Origin: a virus
Lineage: Duplodnaviria; Heunggongvirae; Uroviricota; Caudoviricetes
Virus record (IMG/VR): IMGVR_UViG_2690316248_000008
DNA length: 17,916 bases
Direction: 5' to 3' (one strand)
Of this stretch, positions 1 through 8,194 are shown in pieces; the first letter of the stretch is position 1, and every line of letters starts with the position of its first letter. A program made the translations under genes and the position numbers. The notes under the pieces were generated by a model. It did not search any database, had not been told where the DNA came from, and saw only the letters and a list, made by a program, of their open reading frames with translations.

Positions 1-573
1 ATGCTGATTGGCTACATACGTGTGTCAACAAATGACCAAAACACAGATTTGCAACGCAATGCATTAATGTGCGCAGGATGTGAACAGATTTTTGAGGACA
101 AAATGAGCGGAACCAAGTCGGAACGACCAGGCCTGAAACGCGCTTTAAAGTGCCTTAAAAGAGGGGATACATTGGTGGTCTGGAAGCTGGATCGGTTGGG
201 TAGAAGAATGAAACACCTCATTGCTCTCACAGAAGAGCTACGCGCAAAAGGTGTCAATTTTCGCAGTCTGACGGATTCAATCGATACCAGCACTCCGATG
301 GGAAGGTTCTTTTTTCATATGATGGGTGCACTGGCAGAAATGGAGCGTGAACTGATAGTTGAGCGCACGCTGGCAGGACTGGCTGCTGCGCGAGCACAAG
401 GAAGAGTTGGAGGACGTCGCCCGAAACTGACGAAGGAGCAGCATGAGCAGATCGCAAGATTGCTCCAGAAAGGGTATGACAGAAAGCGGCTGGCAATTAT
501 CTATGATATTGGACTGTCAACGATCTACCGCTACCACCCTGTTGGGACTGTCATAACGCAACCTGAAATGTAA
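1..573 (+). CDS. Site-specific DNA invertase, serine recombinase of the Hin/Gin/Pin/Cin family
   Basis: Complete ORF starting at window base 1. N-terminus MLIGYIRVSTNDQNTDLQRNAL carries the catalytic Ser motif typical of this family; GDTLVVWKLDRLGR and SLTDSIDTS...MGRFFF blocks and a C-terminal HTH (LSTIYRY) are present. The last ~15 residues diverge from Pin/Hin as I recall them. Confidence 0.9.
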   Translation: MLIGYIRVSTNDQNTDLQRNALMCAGCEQIFEDKMSGTKSERPGLKRALKCLKRGDTLVVWKLDRLGRRMKHLIALTEELRAKGVNFRSLTDSIDTSTPMGRFFFHMMGALAEMERELIVERTLAGLAAARAQGRVGGRRPKLTKEQHEQIARLLQKGYDRKRLAIIYDIGLSTIYRYHPVGTVITQPEM

Positions 574-749
574 TTCTTTTTCAAATAATGAAACGCCGCG
601 TGGATGCCATTTATCGCACAAGATAGAGTGCATTTATCGCGCGGCGCATCAGCCAGTACCGGAAAAATCCCCTGCGGATACACCATTGCTGCGATTAACA
701 ACGCCATCCATAACATCAGAAACAGCCCGCTGATTAATTTCTTTTTCAT
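531..749 (-). CDS. Small membrane protein, possibly a truncated lysis accessory gene (LysA/spanin-like remnant)
   Basis: ATG at 749 preceded by GGGAG, one base after the endolysin stop. N-terminal TM segment (LISGLFLMLWMALLIAAMV). Its 3' end overlaps the convergent invertase gene by 43 bp, which suggests the native C-terminus was lost at a rearrangement joint. Confidence 0.35.
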   Translation of the reverse strand: MKKKLISGLFLMLWMALLIAAMVYPQGIFPVLADAPRDKCTLSCAINGIHAAFHYLKKNYISGCVMTVPTGW

Positions 750-750
750 T

Positions 751-1263
751 TCAGTTTGCTCCCTGTAAACACCAGGCCATCTCCCGCGCACGGCGGTTAT
801 CCAGCCCCTGATTAAACACACCTTTCACATAAACCCAGCGCGGCAACTGTCGGCACGCATCCGCCCAGCGCCGCTGATTGAGTAATTTCACCAGTGTTGA
901 ACTGCAGGCATTGTCCGTTCCCACGTTGAAGGCAAACGACACCGTAGCGTCATATACCTTCTGCGGCGGCTGTTGCTTCACACACCTTTCCAGCGCCCGC
1001 TCCACACGCAGCACGTTGGAGATCAGCCCTTTTGCTGCCTGTCGCTCCGTAATGGTTTTGCCGGGAATGACGCCCGACGTATTACCAATGCCGTCGGTCC
1101 AGACGCCCGCGCTGCACTGATACGGCTGCAGACGACAGCCTTCGTAATCGGCAATCAGTTTCAGCCCCTCTACGGAGGTGTGAAGCTGCTGAAAACCCGG
1201 CAGCGTGGCAGCAATAGCCAGCACGGCCCCGACAAGGCAGCGTTTAACGATTGATGGATTCAT
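751..1263 (-). CDS. Phage lysozyme (endolysin) with N-terminal signal-anchor (SAR-like) segment
   Basis: 170 aa; LIADYEGCRLQPYQC...GVWTDGIGNT matches the catalytic region of T4/P22-type phage lysozymes. N-terminal weakly hydrophobic Gly/Ala-rich stretch CLVGAVLAIAATLPGF. Overlaps the holin gene 3' end by 20 bp. Confidence 0.85.
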   Translation of the reverse strand: MNPSIVKRCLVGAVLAIAATLPGFQQLHTSVEGLKLIADYEGCRLQPYQCSAGVWTDGIGNTSGVIPGKTITERQAAKGLISNVLRVERALERCVKQQPPQKVYDATVSFAFNVGTDNACSSTLVKLLNQRRWADACRQLPRWVYVKGVFNQGLDNRRAREMAWCLQGAN

Positions 1264-1459
1264 AGTCCTCCCGCGAGATCTGCCCGTCGCGCAGAAGCTG
1301 GTAGGCTTTGTGTTTGTAGTACCAGTTGATAGCCAGCATCAGCACACCAATCATCAGGCCGCCCAGCGTTGAGGCATCCTTGATGGACAAATCGCCCAGC
1401 CAGGCCAGCACAACGGCGATGCAGTACGTGATAAAGGCGCTGATTCGCTCAAGCGTCAT
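1244..1459 (-). CDS. Putative holin (71 aa, two predicted TM helices; pinholin-like)
   Basis: Two hydrophobic segments (ISAFITYCIAVVLAWLG and LGGLMIGVLMLAINWYY) and a charged C-terminus. Sits between tail gene X and the endolysin, where P2-like phages place the holin. Confidence 0.6.
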   Translation of the reverse strand: MTLERISAFITYCIAVVLAWLGDLSIKDASTLGGLMIGVLMLAINWYYKHKAYQLLRDGQISREDYESINR

Positions 1460-1462
1460 AAT

Positions 1463-1666
1463 TCAGTCCCATAGCTGGACGGTCTGCACGGTGGTGGTAG
1501 TCGGAATGTCCGGCAGCTCCACCTGCAGCCCGTGAGGTAAAAAGGGGCCGTATTCGGCAAGCCCCGGATTTGCCTTCAGTACCTGCTCCGTGACACCCTG
1601 CGTGCGCCCGTAATGACGCCAGCAAAGCGCGTCCACCGTGTCATACTGATGCGCACGCACTTTCAT
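1463..1666 (-). CDS. X: Tail protein X (P2 gpX-like)
   Basis: 67 aa, the size of P2 gpX, in the expected position after L. Its ATG overlaps the L stop codon. Confidence 0.8.
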   Translation of the reverse strand: MKVRAHQYDTVDALCWRHYGRTQGVTEQVLKANPGLAEYGPFLPHGLQVELPDIPTTTTVQTVQLWD

Positions 1667-2130
1667 CAGATAAGCTCCACTGTGCAGTGCGGCGCGTCCT
1701 GTACCCGGCTGATGGCCCAGCGGGCGTCACGCCATAAATCACCGCTGGCTTCCGCCAGTTCCTCGCCTCGCTTCACACCAGACGCCGTGGCGTCATAGTC
1801 CTGGTATCGTTCGTTGAGCATGGCGCGGGCCCAGCAGTAAACCGCGTTGAAATAGTGCTGAATGCGCTCACTTTTCCCGTCCAGATGTTCTGCCGGAACC
1901 TCTGCCAGCGAGGCATATCCCAGCATCTGCTGGCGTCTGCGAAACTCATACAGCTCTGCGTTGACCTCCGAAATTGCCGACAGCGCAACCTGCTTTAAAC
2001 GCGGCTGCGTCACCGTGCCGTCAGTGCGCATGACACTGCGAAACTCCGACAAGTCCACATCAGGCCAGAACGGCGTATTCCTGATGATTTCCGCCTGTTC
2101 CGGTGCCTGTTCTGGCGCAACAAACTTCAT
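1666..2130 (-). CDS. L: Head completion/stabilization protein (P2 gpL-like)
   Basis: Syntenic position after M. Start set at the ATG at 2130, which has an AGGAGA RBS 7 nt upstream. The longer ORF in the track (to 2193) begins with GTG and has no RBS. Confidence 0.8.
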   Translation of the reverse strand: MKFVAPEQAPEQAEIIRNTPFWPDVDLSEFRSVMRTDGTVTQPRLKQVALSAISEVNAELYEFRRRQQMLGYASLAEVPAEHLDGKSERIQHYFNAVYCWARAMLNERYQDYDATASGVKRGEELAEASGDLWRDARWAISRVQDAPHCTVELI

Positions 2131-2193
2131 GCTGCTTTCTCCTGAAATAGAGGGCGGTGGACGGGGTTTTGATGTGGCGGTGCCTTTCGCCAC

Positions 2194-2225
2194 CCCGTGC
2201 CGCCCGTGCGCGGGGGCACGTTCTG
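2194..2225. other. GC-rich inverted repeat (CGTGCC ... GGCACG) between M and L
   Basis: Arms CGTGCC and GGCACG are reverse complements flanking a GC-rich loop. Lies in the roughly 95-bp M-L spacer. Confidence 0.3.
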
Positions 2226-2876
2226 TCAGCGGCTGTCATTGCGCAGTCTGCGCTCCAGCTGCTGTTTGTCTTTTTTCACGCCACAGCGGGGATCGAGCTG
2301 TAACGCATGGTTGAGATGATTAAGGGCGGAAGCCGGATTGCTTTCACTCAGGACAGCGCCAATCGCTTTATGCAGACGCGCCCGTGACTGGTCCGGCATA
2401 TCCAGACCGTCTGTCAGCTCCAGCGTCTGCAACAACAGATCGGCATCAAAGCCGGTGGCGGCAAGCATTGCGCTCTGCGCGGCGTCTGCCATTTCCTCTG
2501 CCAGCACGGTCTGCACGTTGCGGTTACCCAGCGGCATCACCCAGCCATGACGCAGGGCATGACGCCCGATCTCCAGCGCTCCGGCATAATCTCCGGCATC
2601 AATGCGCCACAGCATCACGTACATCAGCACGTCATCCTGTTGAGCGCCTCCGGCAGCCAGGACACCCTCTGCCCAGGCGGCGTACTTCGGCAGCAGCTCC
2701 ACCTTGATTTCCGCTTTTTTGACCGTGGACTGAACGCCCTTGAGACGGCGGCGGTCTTCCGCCAGTTGCAGCAGCATCAGGTCATGGCCCGATGCGTGGC
2801 GAACACTGCCGCCCTCGCGGGCGGCCTGTTCAGCCTGAACGCGCAGGCGATGCTGCCGTGCGGGACTCAGGTTCAT
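2226..2876 (-). CDS. M: Terminase endonuclease/small subunit (P2 gpM-like)
   Basis: 216 aa; position between N and L. ATG at 2876 with GGAG 8 nt upstream, 3 bp after the N stop. Confidence 0.85.
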   Translation of the reverse strand: MNLSPARQHRLRVQAEQAAREGGSVRHASGHDLMLLQLAEDRRRLKGVQSTVKKAEIKVELLPKYAAWAEGVLAAGGAQQDDVLMYVMLWRIDAGDYAGALEIGRHALRHGWVMPLGNRNVQTVLAEEMADAAQSAMLAATGFDADLLLQTLELTDGLDMPDQSRARLHKAIGAVLSESNPASALNHLNHALQLDPRCGVKKDKQQLERRLRNDSR

Positions 2877-2879
2877 GGA

Positions 2880-3938
2880 TTACGCTCCGGTTTCGGCTGC
2901 GGCGGCGCTGAAATCACCAATCTGGATGTTTTCCACCAGTGCGGCGCAGCGGTAGTCCTCAACCACATAGGCTTCGTTAACGGATTCAAAGTTTTCAATC
3001 CGGTCACGTTTCGGGTTGTCGATAACTGAACGGCGGCGGGTGTCTTCCTGCCAGTAGATGGACAGGTTATCCAGACGGGTGATCAGCAGCGCATTCGGCG
3101 GGAAGAACGGCGCACGCACGGCCTGCAGACCGCCCATGCGTTTCTGACTGATAATCATATCGGCTGCCAATTTTTCACTGTTTTCCTGCTCTTTGTTGAC
3201 CAGCGGGAAATACTTGTCAGACAGCAGTTCACGACCGCAAATCACCACCAGATCGTCATCGTCCTGGTAGACCACGTCGATAAGCTCATTGACCGCATCC
3301 ATCACCACAGCGTCCAAGTTGGCATATTCGCCCCCTTTACCGACTTTCACCGCACCCGGTGTGGTTTCGCCGCCCGTGGTGGTGCTGCCCATGACGTGAT
3401 CCGGTGCATCCTCACGGATTTTCTGCAGCCAGCCTTTGTTCACATCCTGCAGCAGCGGGTTTTCACTACGGTTGGAGGTTTTCGCACGCTTCACGCCGTT
3501 AAAGCCGATCATGATGCGGTCCAGTGCCTGACGTTTCACGATGGCGTCACGGATACGCACCTGGAAATCCTGAAACTTCGCCCACAGGTCCAGCTTCGCG
3601 TAGGTCAGCACCGTGTCAAAGTTGGTCTGCTCGCATTTATATTCCACATCGACCATCAGCGTCGGATCGACAGGTTCACGCTCTTTTGCGGTGGTGTCAG
3701 TGGTTCCGGCAATGGTGCTGCCAACACCCAGCCCCAGCAGCTGACCGGACTGCTCAGTCACTGGCGTGACGTTAATCAGTGTCAGGAAAGCGGCGGACTG
3801 CTGGATCTGGTCTTCCAGCGTCTGCTGCACAGACGGCTCCACGGTGAACTTGCTGGACAGTTCTTCAACTGCCACACCGTTCAGACGCGCCAGCTGCTGC
3901 AGGTAAGCGTTAAAAGCAAAGCGGGTATTCTTCTTCAT
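2880..3938 (-). CDS. N: Major capsid protein (P2 gpN-like)
   Basis: 352 aa. Blocks such as TRFAFNAYL, KFTVEPSVQQTL, LDLWAKFQDFQVRIRDAIVKRQ and LSIYWQEDTRRR closely match P2 gpN as I recall it. Confidence 0.9.
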   Translation of the reverse strand: MKKNTRFAFNAYLQQLARLNGVAVEELSSKFTVEPSVQQTLEDQIQQSAAFLTLINVTPVTEQSGQLLGLGVGSTIAGTTDTTAKEREPVDPTLMVDVEYKCEQTNFDTVLTYAKLDLWAKFQDFQVRIRDAIVKRQALDRIMIGFNGVKRAKTSNRSENPLLQDVNKGWLQKIREDAPDHVMGSTTTGGETTPGAVKVGKGGEYANLDAVVMDAVNELIDVVYQDDDDLVVICGRELLSDKYFPLVNKEQENSEKLAADMIISQKRMGGLQAVRAPFFPPNALLITRLDNLSIYWQEDTRRRSVIDNPKRDRIENFESVNEAYVVEDYRCAALVENIQIGDFSAAAAETGA

Positions 3939-3954
3939 CGGGTTTTGTGCTCCA

Positions 3955-4788
3955 TCAGCAATTGGTCAGAGTGTCAGCGGGGGCGTTACCGCCTGTTGCA
4001 CGCTGGCGGTAGTCCTGGCGACTGTCTTCATGACTCAGCTTGTCCACCAGTTCGTTAAAGACGGTTTGCTGTGCCTGCAGGGCAGTCTCCAGCTCAGACA
4101 GGCGTTCTTCCTGCTCAGACAGGGATTTTTCGGTGCGTGCGCTCAGGTTCTGCTGCTCAGTGGCAACCAGCTCCACGGCCTTATGCACATCAGAGAACCG
4201 GGCGTCATCGGACTGCTCTTTTTTGGTAAACAGCGCCGTGACACGGGCAAACAGGGACGGTTTGTCGTCCTGGATTTCTTCCAGTTCGATCACCGTTTCC
4301 TCTGCAGCAGTAAAGAGATTGGCAGGATTCTGCTTGCGGTTTGCCAGCGGGTTATGGGCTGCACTGGCGCTGAATGTCAGCATTTCCGTACCCAGACTGG
4401 CAGGGTCATCAGTGGCAGCCAGGCCGACCAGGTAGGCTTTGCCCGTATCAGCGAACTTCGGGCTGACTTCCATAGAGGTGAATAATTTCTGGCCTTTTTT
4501 CACCAGTTCCACCAGGGACTCCGTTGGCTCAACGTCGGCATACAGCGCCATCTTGCCTGCCAGCGGACCTTCCGTGATTTCTTCAGCAAACAGCGCCGTC
4601 ACCTTGCCGTAGCGGTTAAAGGTGCTGTCCGGTATATAAGACTTGATGTGCTCAAGGTTAATCAGCGCGGTATACACCGCCGGGTTGTAGCTGGCTGCCA
4701 TCTGTTCCAGCCATTCACGCTGGATTTCGCGTCCGTCGGTGGTGGCACCTTCCACCCCGATGCGAAAACGCTTTGCTTTCACTGTCAT
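3955..4788 (-). CDS. O: Capsid scaffolding protein (P2 gpO-like)
   Basis: 277 aa; first gene of the leftward late operon, divergent from P. GGAG RBS 9 nt upstream of the ATG at 4788. Confidence 0.9.
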   Translation of the reverse strand: MTVKAKRFRIGVEGATTDGREIQREWLEQMAASYNPAVYTALINLEHIKSYIPDSTFNRYGKVTALFAEEITEGPLAGKMALYADVEPTESLVELVKKGQKLFTSMEVSPKFADTGKAYLVGLAATDDPASLGTEMLTFSASAAHNPLANRKQNPANLFTAAEETVIELEEIQDDKPSLFARVTALFTKKEQSDDARFSDVHKAVELVATEQQNLSARTEKSLSEQEERLSELETALQAQQTVFNELVDKLSHEDSRQDYRQRATGGNAPADTLTNC

Positions 4789-4866
4789 GAGCCGTGCTCC
4801 GTTAGAAAAAACTTACTGGAGCCTTATGGTTGCGGTGATGGGGGCAGTGAAACAATGCGCGGTATT

Positions 4867-4884
4867 TGTACCGACAACCACACA
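4867..4884. promoter_or_regulatory. TGT-N12-ACA dyad in the O/P divergent intergenic region, candidate Ogr/Delta-type late activator site
   Basis: Sequence TGT-ACCGACAACCAC-ACA read directly. P2-family late promoters carry a TGT-N12-ACA element near -55 (established knowledge). Spacing fits a leftward O promoter better than a P promoter. Confidence 0.5.
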
Positions 4885-4930
4885 AACCGCAGGCGGGGAA
4901 AGCCTTCATTCAAGGCTGTAGGTTTGTGCC

Positions 4931-6697
4931 ATGAACACCACACTGACACCCGCAGATCTCGATCCCCGTCGGCAGGCCATGCTGCTGTACTTTCAGGGAT
5001 ACCGCGTAGCCCGCATTGCTGAAATGCTGGGCGAGAAAGTTGCAACTGTTCACAGCTGGAAAAAACGCGACAAGTGGGGTGACTATGGGCCGCTGGATCA
5101 GATGCAGCTCACCACCGCCGCACGCTACTGCCAGCTCATTATGAAGGAGCACAAAGAAGGGAAAGATTTCAAAGAGATTGACCTGCTGGCGCGCCAGTCG
5201 GAGCGCCATGCGCGGATCGGCAAGTTTAACAATGGCGGCAACGAAGCCGACTTAAACCCTAACGTCGCCAACCGCAACAAAGGCCCGCGCCGTCAGCCGG
5301 AAAAGAACGTTTTCACCGATGAACAGATTGAGAAGCTGGAAGAAATCTTCCATTCCTCCATGTTCAACTACCAGCGCCACTGGTGGGAAGCCGGAAAAAA
5401 CAACCGCATCCGCAACCTGCTGAAGTCACGCCAGATCGGCGCAACCTTTTACTTTGCCCGTGAAGCCCTGATTGACGCTCTGCTTACCGGGCGTAACCAG
5501 ATTTTCCTTTCCGCCAGTAAGGCACAGGCCCACGTCTTTAAGCAGTACATCATCGACTTCGCCAAAGAAGTGGAGGTGGAGCTGAAAGGCGATCCGATGG
5601 TGCTTCCTAACGGGGCCACGCTTTACTTCCTAGGCACCAATGCCCGCACGGCCCAGAGTTATCACGGCAACCTGTATCTGGATGAATATTTCTGGATACC
5701 AAAATTTCAGGAGCTGCGCAAAGTGGCTTCCGGTATGGCTATTCACAAGAAATGGCGACAGACCTATTTTTCCACGCCATCCAGCCTGACCCACAGTGCT
5801 TATCCGTTCTGGTCCGGCGCGTTGTTCAACCGTGGGCGCAACAAAGCCGATAAGGTGGACATCGACCTGTCCCACAGCAATCTGGCCCCCGGCCTGCTGT
5901 GCGCAGACGGGCAATACCGCCAGATAGTCACCGTGGAAGATGCGGTACGCGGCGGCTGTAACCTGTTCGACCTCGACCAGTTGCGCATGGAGTACAGCCC
6001 GGACGAATACCAGAACCTGCTGATGTGCGAGTTCGTTGACGATCTCGCATCTGTGTTCCCGCTCAGCGAATTGCAGGCGTGCATGGTGGACAGCTGGGAA
6101 GTCTGGACCGACTTTCATGCACTGGCGCTGCGCCCGTTTGGCTGGCGCGAAGTGTGGATCGGTTATGACCCGGCAAAAGGTACGCAGAACGGCGACAGTG
6201 CCGGATGCGTGGTGGTGGCTCCGCCAGCCGTGCCGGGCGGTAAGTTCCGTATTCTTGAGCGTCACCAGTGGCGCGGGATGGACTTCCGCGCCCAGGCGGA
6301 CGCCATCAAAAAACTGACCGAACAGTACAACGTGACATATATCGGCATCGACTCGACAGGTGTCGGTCACGGGGTTTATGAGAACGTGAAAGCGTTCTTT
6401 CCTGCCGTCCGGGAGTTTGTCTACAACCCCAACGTTAAAAACGCCCTGGTACTCAAGGCCTACGACATTATCAGCCACCGCCGTCTGGAGTTTGACGCCG
6501 GACACACCGACATTGCGCAGTCATTCATGGCAATCCGTCGCGCAACCACCGCCAGCGGCAACCGCCCGACCTATGAAGCCAGCCGCAGCGAAGAAGCCAG
6601 CCACGCCGATCTGGCCTGGGCAACAATGCACGCACTGTTTAACGAACCACTGCAGGGCGAGTCCGCCAATACCAGTAATATTGTGGAGATTTTTTGA
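4931..6697 (+). CDS. P: Terminase ATPase/large subunit (P2 gpP-like)
   Basis: 588 aa; divergent from O and immediately upstream of the portal gene, as in P2. Its stop overlaps the Q start (TGATG). Confidence 0.9.
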   Translation: MNTTLTPADLDPRRQAMLLYFQGYRVARIAEMLGEKVATVHSWKKRDKWGDYGPLDQMQLTTAARYCQLIMKEHKEGKDFKEIDLLARQSERHARIGKFNNGGNEADLNPNVANRNKGPRRQPEKNVFTDEQIEKLEEIFHSSMFNYQRHWWEAGKNNRIRNLLKSRQIGATFYFAREALIDALLTGRNQIFLSASKAQAHVFKQYIIDFAKEVEVELKGDPMVLPNGATLYFLGTNARTAQSYHGNLYLDEYFWIPKFQELRKVASGMAIHKKWRQTYFSTPSSLTHSAYPFWSGALFNRGRNKADKVDIDLSHSNLAPGLLCADGQYRQIVTVEDAVRGGCNLFDLDQLRMEYSPDEYQNLLMCEFVDDLASVFPLSELQACMVDSWEVWTDFHALALRPFGWREVWIGYDPAKGTQNGDSAGCVVVAPPAVPGGKFRILERHQWRGMDFRAQADAIKKLTEQYNVTYIGIDSTGVGHGVYENVKAFFPAVREFVYNPNVKNALVLKAYDIISHRRLEFDAGHTDIAQSFMAIRRATTASGNRPTYEASRSEEASHADLAWATMHALFNEPLQGESANTSNIVEIF

Positions 6698-7722
6698 TGG
6701 GAAAGAGTAAGAAGAACCGCGCTGCGTCGACGAACCAGCTCCAGCATAAAAGCCAGACTTCAGCCGAAGCATTCAGCTTCGGTGATCCCGTTCCTGTTCT
6801 GGACCGCCGTGAACTGCTGGACTATGTGGAATGCGTACAGACAGATCGCTGGTATGAGCCGCCCGTCAGCTTTGACGGACTGGCGCGCACCTTCCGCGCC
6901 GCCGTGCATCACAGTTCTCCGATTGCAGTAAAGTGCAACATTCTGACCAGTACCTATATCCCTCATCCGCTGCTCAGCCAGCAGGCTTTTTCGCGTTTTG
7001 TGCAGGACTATCTGGTATTTGGTAACGCCTACCTGGAGAAACGCACGAACCGATTCGGTGAAGTTATCGCCCTTGATCCTGCGCTGGCAAAATACACCCG
7101 ACGCGGGTTAGACCTGGATACCTACTGGTTTGTGCAATACGGTATGACAACCCAGCCGTATCAGTTCACGAAAGGCAGCATTTTTCATCTGATGGAACCG
7201 GACATCAACCAGGAGATCTACGGCCTGCCCGGCTATCTTTCTGCCATTCCGTCAGCCCTGCTCAATAAGTCCGCCACGCTGTTCCGCCGCAAGTATTACA
7301 TCAACGGCAGCCATGCAGGCTTCATCATGTATATGACCGATGCCGCGCAGAATCAGGAGGATGTGAACAATCTCCGCAACGCGATGAAAAGTGCCAAAGG
7401 TCCTGGTAACTTCCGTAACCTGTTTATGTACTCGCCTAACGGTAAAAAGGACGGGCTTCAGATTATCCCGTTGTCAGAAGTGGCGGCGAAGGATGAGTTC
7501 CTGAATATCAAGAACGTGAGCCGGGACGACATGATGGCGGCGCATCGTGTGCCGCCACAAATGATGGGGATAATGCCTAATAATGTTGGAGGGTTTGGGG
7601 ATGTGGAGAAGGCGAGTAAGGTTTTTGTTAGAAATGAACTAATTCCACTCCAAAAAAGAATAATGGAAGTTAATGAATGGTTAGGTGAGAAAACTATCCG
7701 ATTTCAGCATTATGATTTATAA
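6697..7722 (+). CDS. Q: Portal protein (P2 gpQ-like)
   Basis: 341 aa from the ATG at 6697 (GGAG RBS 9 nt upstream). The ORF-track start at 6694 is a TTG. Followed by a strong terminator. Confidence 0.9.
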   Translation: MGKSKKNRAASTNQLQHKSQTSAEAFSFGDPVPVLDRRELLDYVECVQTDRWYEPPVSFDGLARTFRAAVHHSSPIAVKCNILTSTYIPHPLLSQQAFSRFVQDYLVFGNAYLEKRTNRFGEVIALDPALAKYTRRGLDLDTYWFVQYGMTTQPYQFTKGSIFHLMEPDINQEIYGLPGYLSAIPSALLNKSATLFRRKYYINGSHAGFIMYMTDAAQNQEDVNNLRNAMKSAKGPGNFRNLFMYSPNGKKDGLQIIPLSEVAAKDEFLNIKNVSRDDMMAAHRVPPQMMGIMPNNVGGFGDVEKASKVFVRNELIPLQKRIMEVNEWLGEKTIRFQHYDL

Positions 7723-7747
7723 AAAAACGCCCTAAAAGGGCGTTTTC
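7721..7747. terminator. Bidirectional rho-independent terminator between portal gene Q and the convergent cargo operon
   Basis: AAAACGCCC-TAAAA-GGGCGTTTT hairpin with a 9-bp stem. It is followed by a T-run on the plus strand and by seven T on the minus strand. Confidence 0.7.
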
Positions 7748-8194
7748 CTAAGATTCTGTCGTTGTCTCTAATGAACACCAAGCATTAATTCCCATTTTTG
7801 AGACAGCTATCAACATAATTACTACAGCTGGAGCAATAAATGTTGCTGTTGCCCCCAAAGAACCCGCAATTGCCGAAGAGATCACCCCTACAAAGTATGT
7901 TTTAACATCACCAGTCAGTGCTCCTAAACATTCCCTCTCCTCTGCATATTTATCACCTCCACATACAAAAGCCTTAAACTCTAATTTAAACTGCTCAACA
8001 AACGCTTTTCTTCCCGGCATTTTTGAATTATCACCGCCAAATTGAGCAACTGAACTTGGGCCAGATGCAGTTAGCCATAGCTCAAGAGCCTTTTCTTCAT
8101 CGCCATTTTCGAGAAAATTCCTGACAGATGAAGATTGATACGTTTTTAAAGTGGACAACCAAGACTCAGCATCTTCATTTGGTATAGCAATCAT
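7748..8194 (-). CDS. Hypothetical protein with soluble N-terminal domain and C-terminal membrane anchor; partner of the upstream protease
   Basis: 148 aa. The C-terminal hydrophobic stretch YFVGVISSAIAGSLGATATFIAPAVVIMLIAVSKMGI is about 35 residues, enough for one long helix or a TM hairpin. ATG overlaps the protease stop (ATGA at 8191-8194). AT-rich codon usage, unlike the phage core. Confidence 0.6.
   Translation of the reverse strand: MIAIPNEDAESWLSTLKTYQSSSVRNFLENGDEEKALELWLTASGPSSVAQFGGDNSKMPGRKAFVEQFKLEFKAFVCGGDKYAEERECLGALTGDVKTYFVGVISSAIAGSLGATATFIAPAVVIMLIAVSKMGINAWCSLETTTES

Noticed and set aside
761-775. CCTGTAAAC motif resembling half of a gix/hix invertase crossover site
   Set aside because: Only a 9-bp match to a recalled sequence, with no convincing 26-bp dyad and no second inverted site in the window. 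Too weak to call.
4890-4903. AGGCGGGGAAAGCC in the O/P intergenic region, resembling the core of the P2/186 cohesive end
   Set aside because: It lies between the late promoters, not downstream of the portal gene where cos belongs, and lacks the adjacent GC-palindrome context seen at 8913-8942. Most likely a chance or promoter-associated G-rich motif.
2338-6505. Multiple long ORFs antisense to M, N, O and P (for example 2547-3029 plus, 3396-4058 plus, 4030-4485 plus, 5630-6505 minus)
   Set aside because: They lie opposite strongly supported structural genes in GC-rich DNA, where stop-free antisense frames are common. Their translations are Arg/Cys/His-rich and low-complexity.
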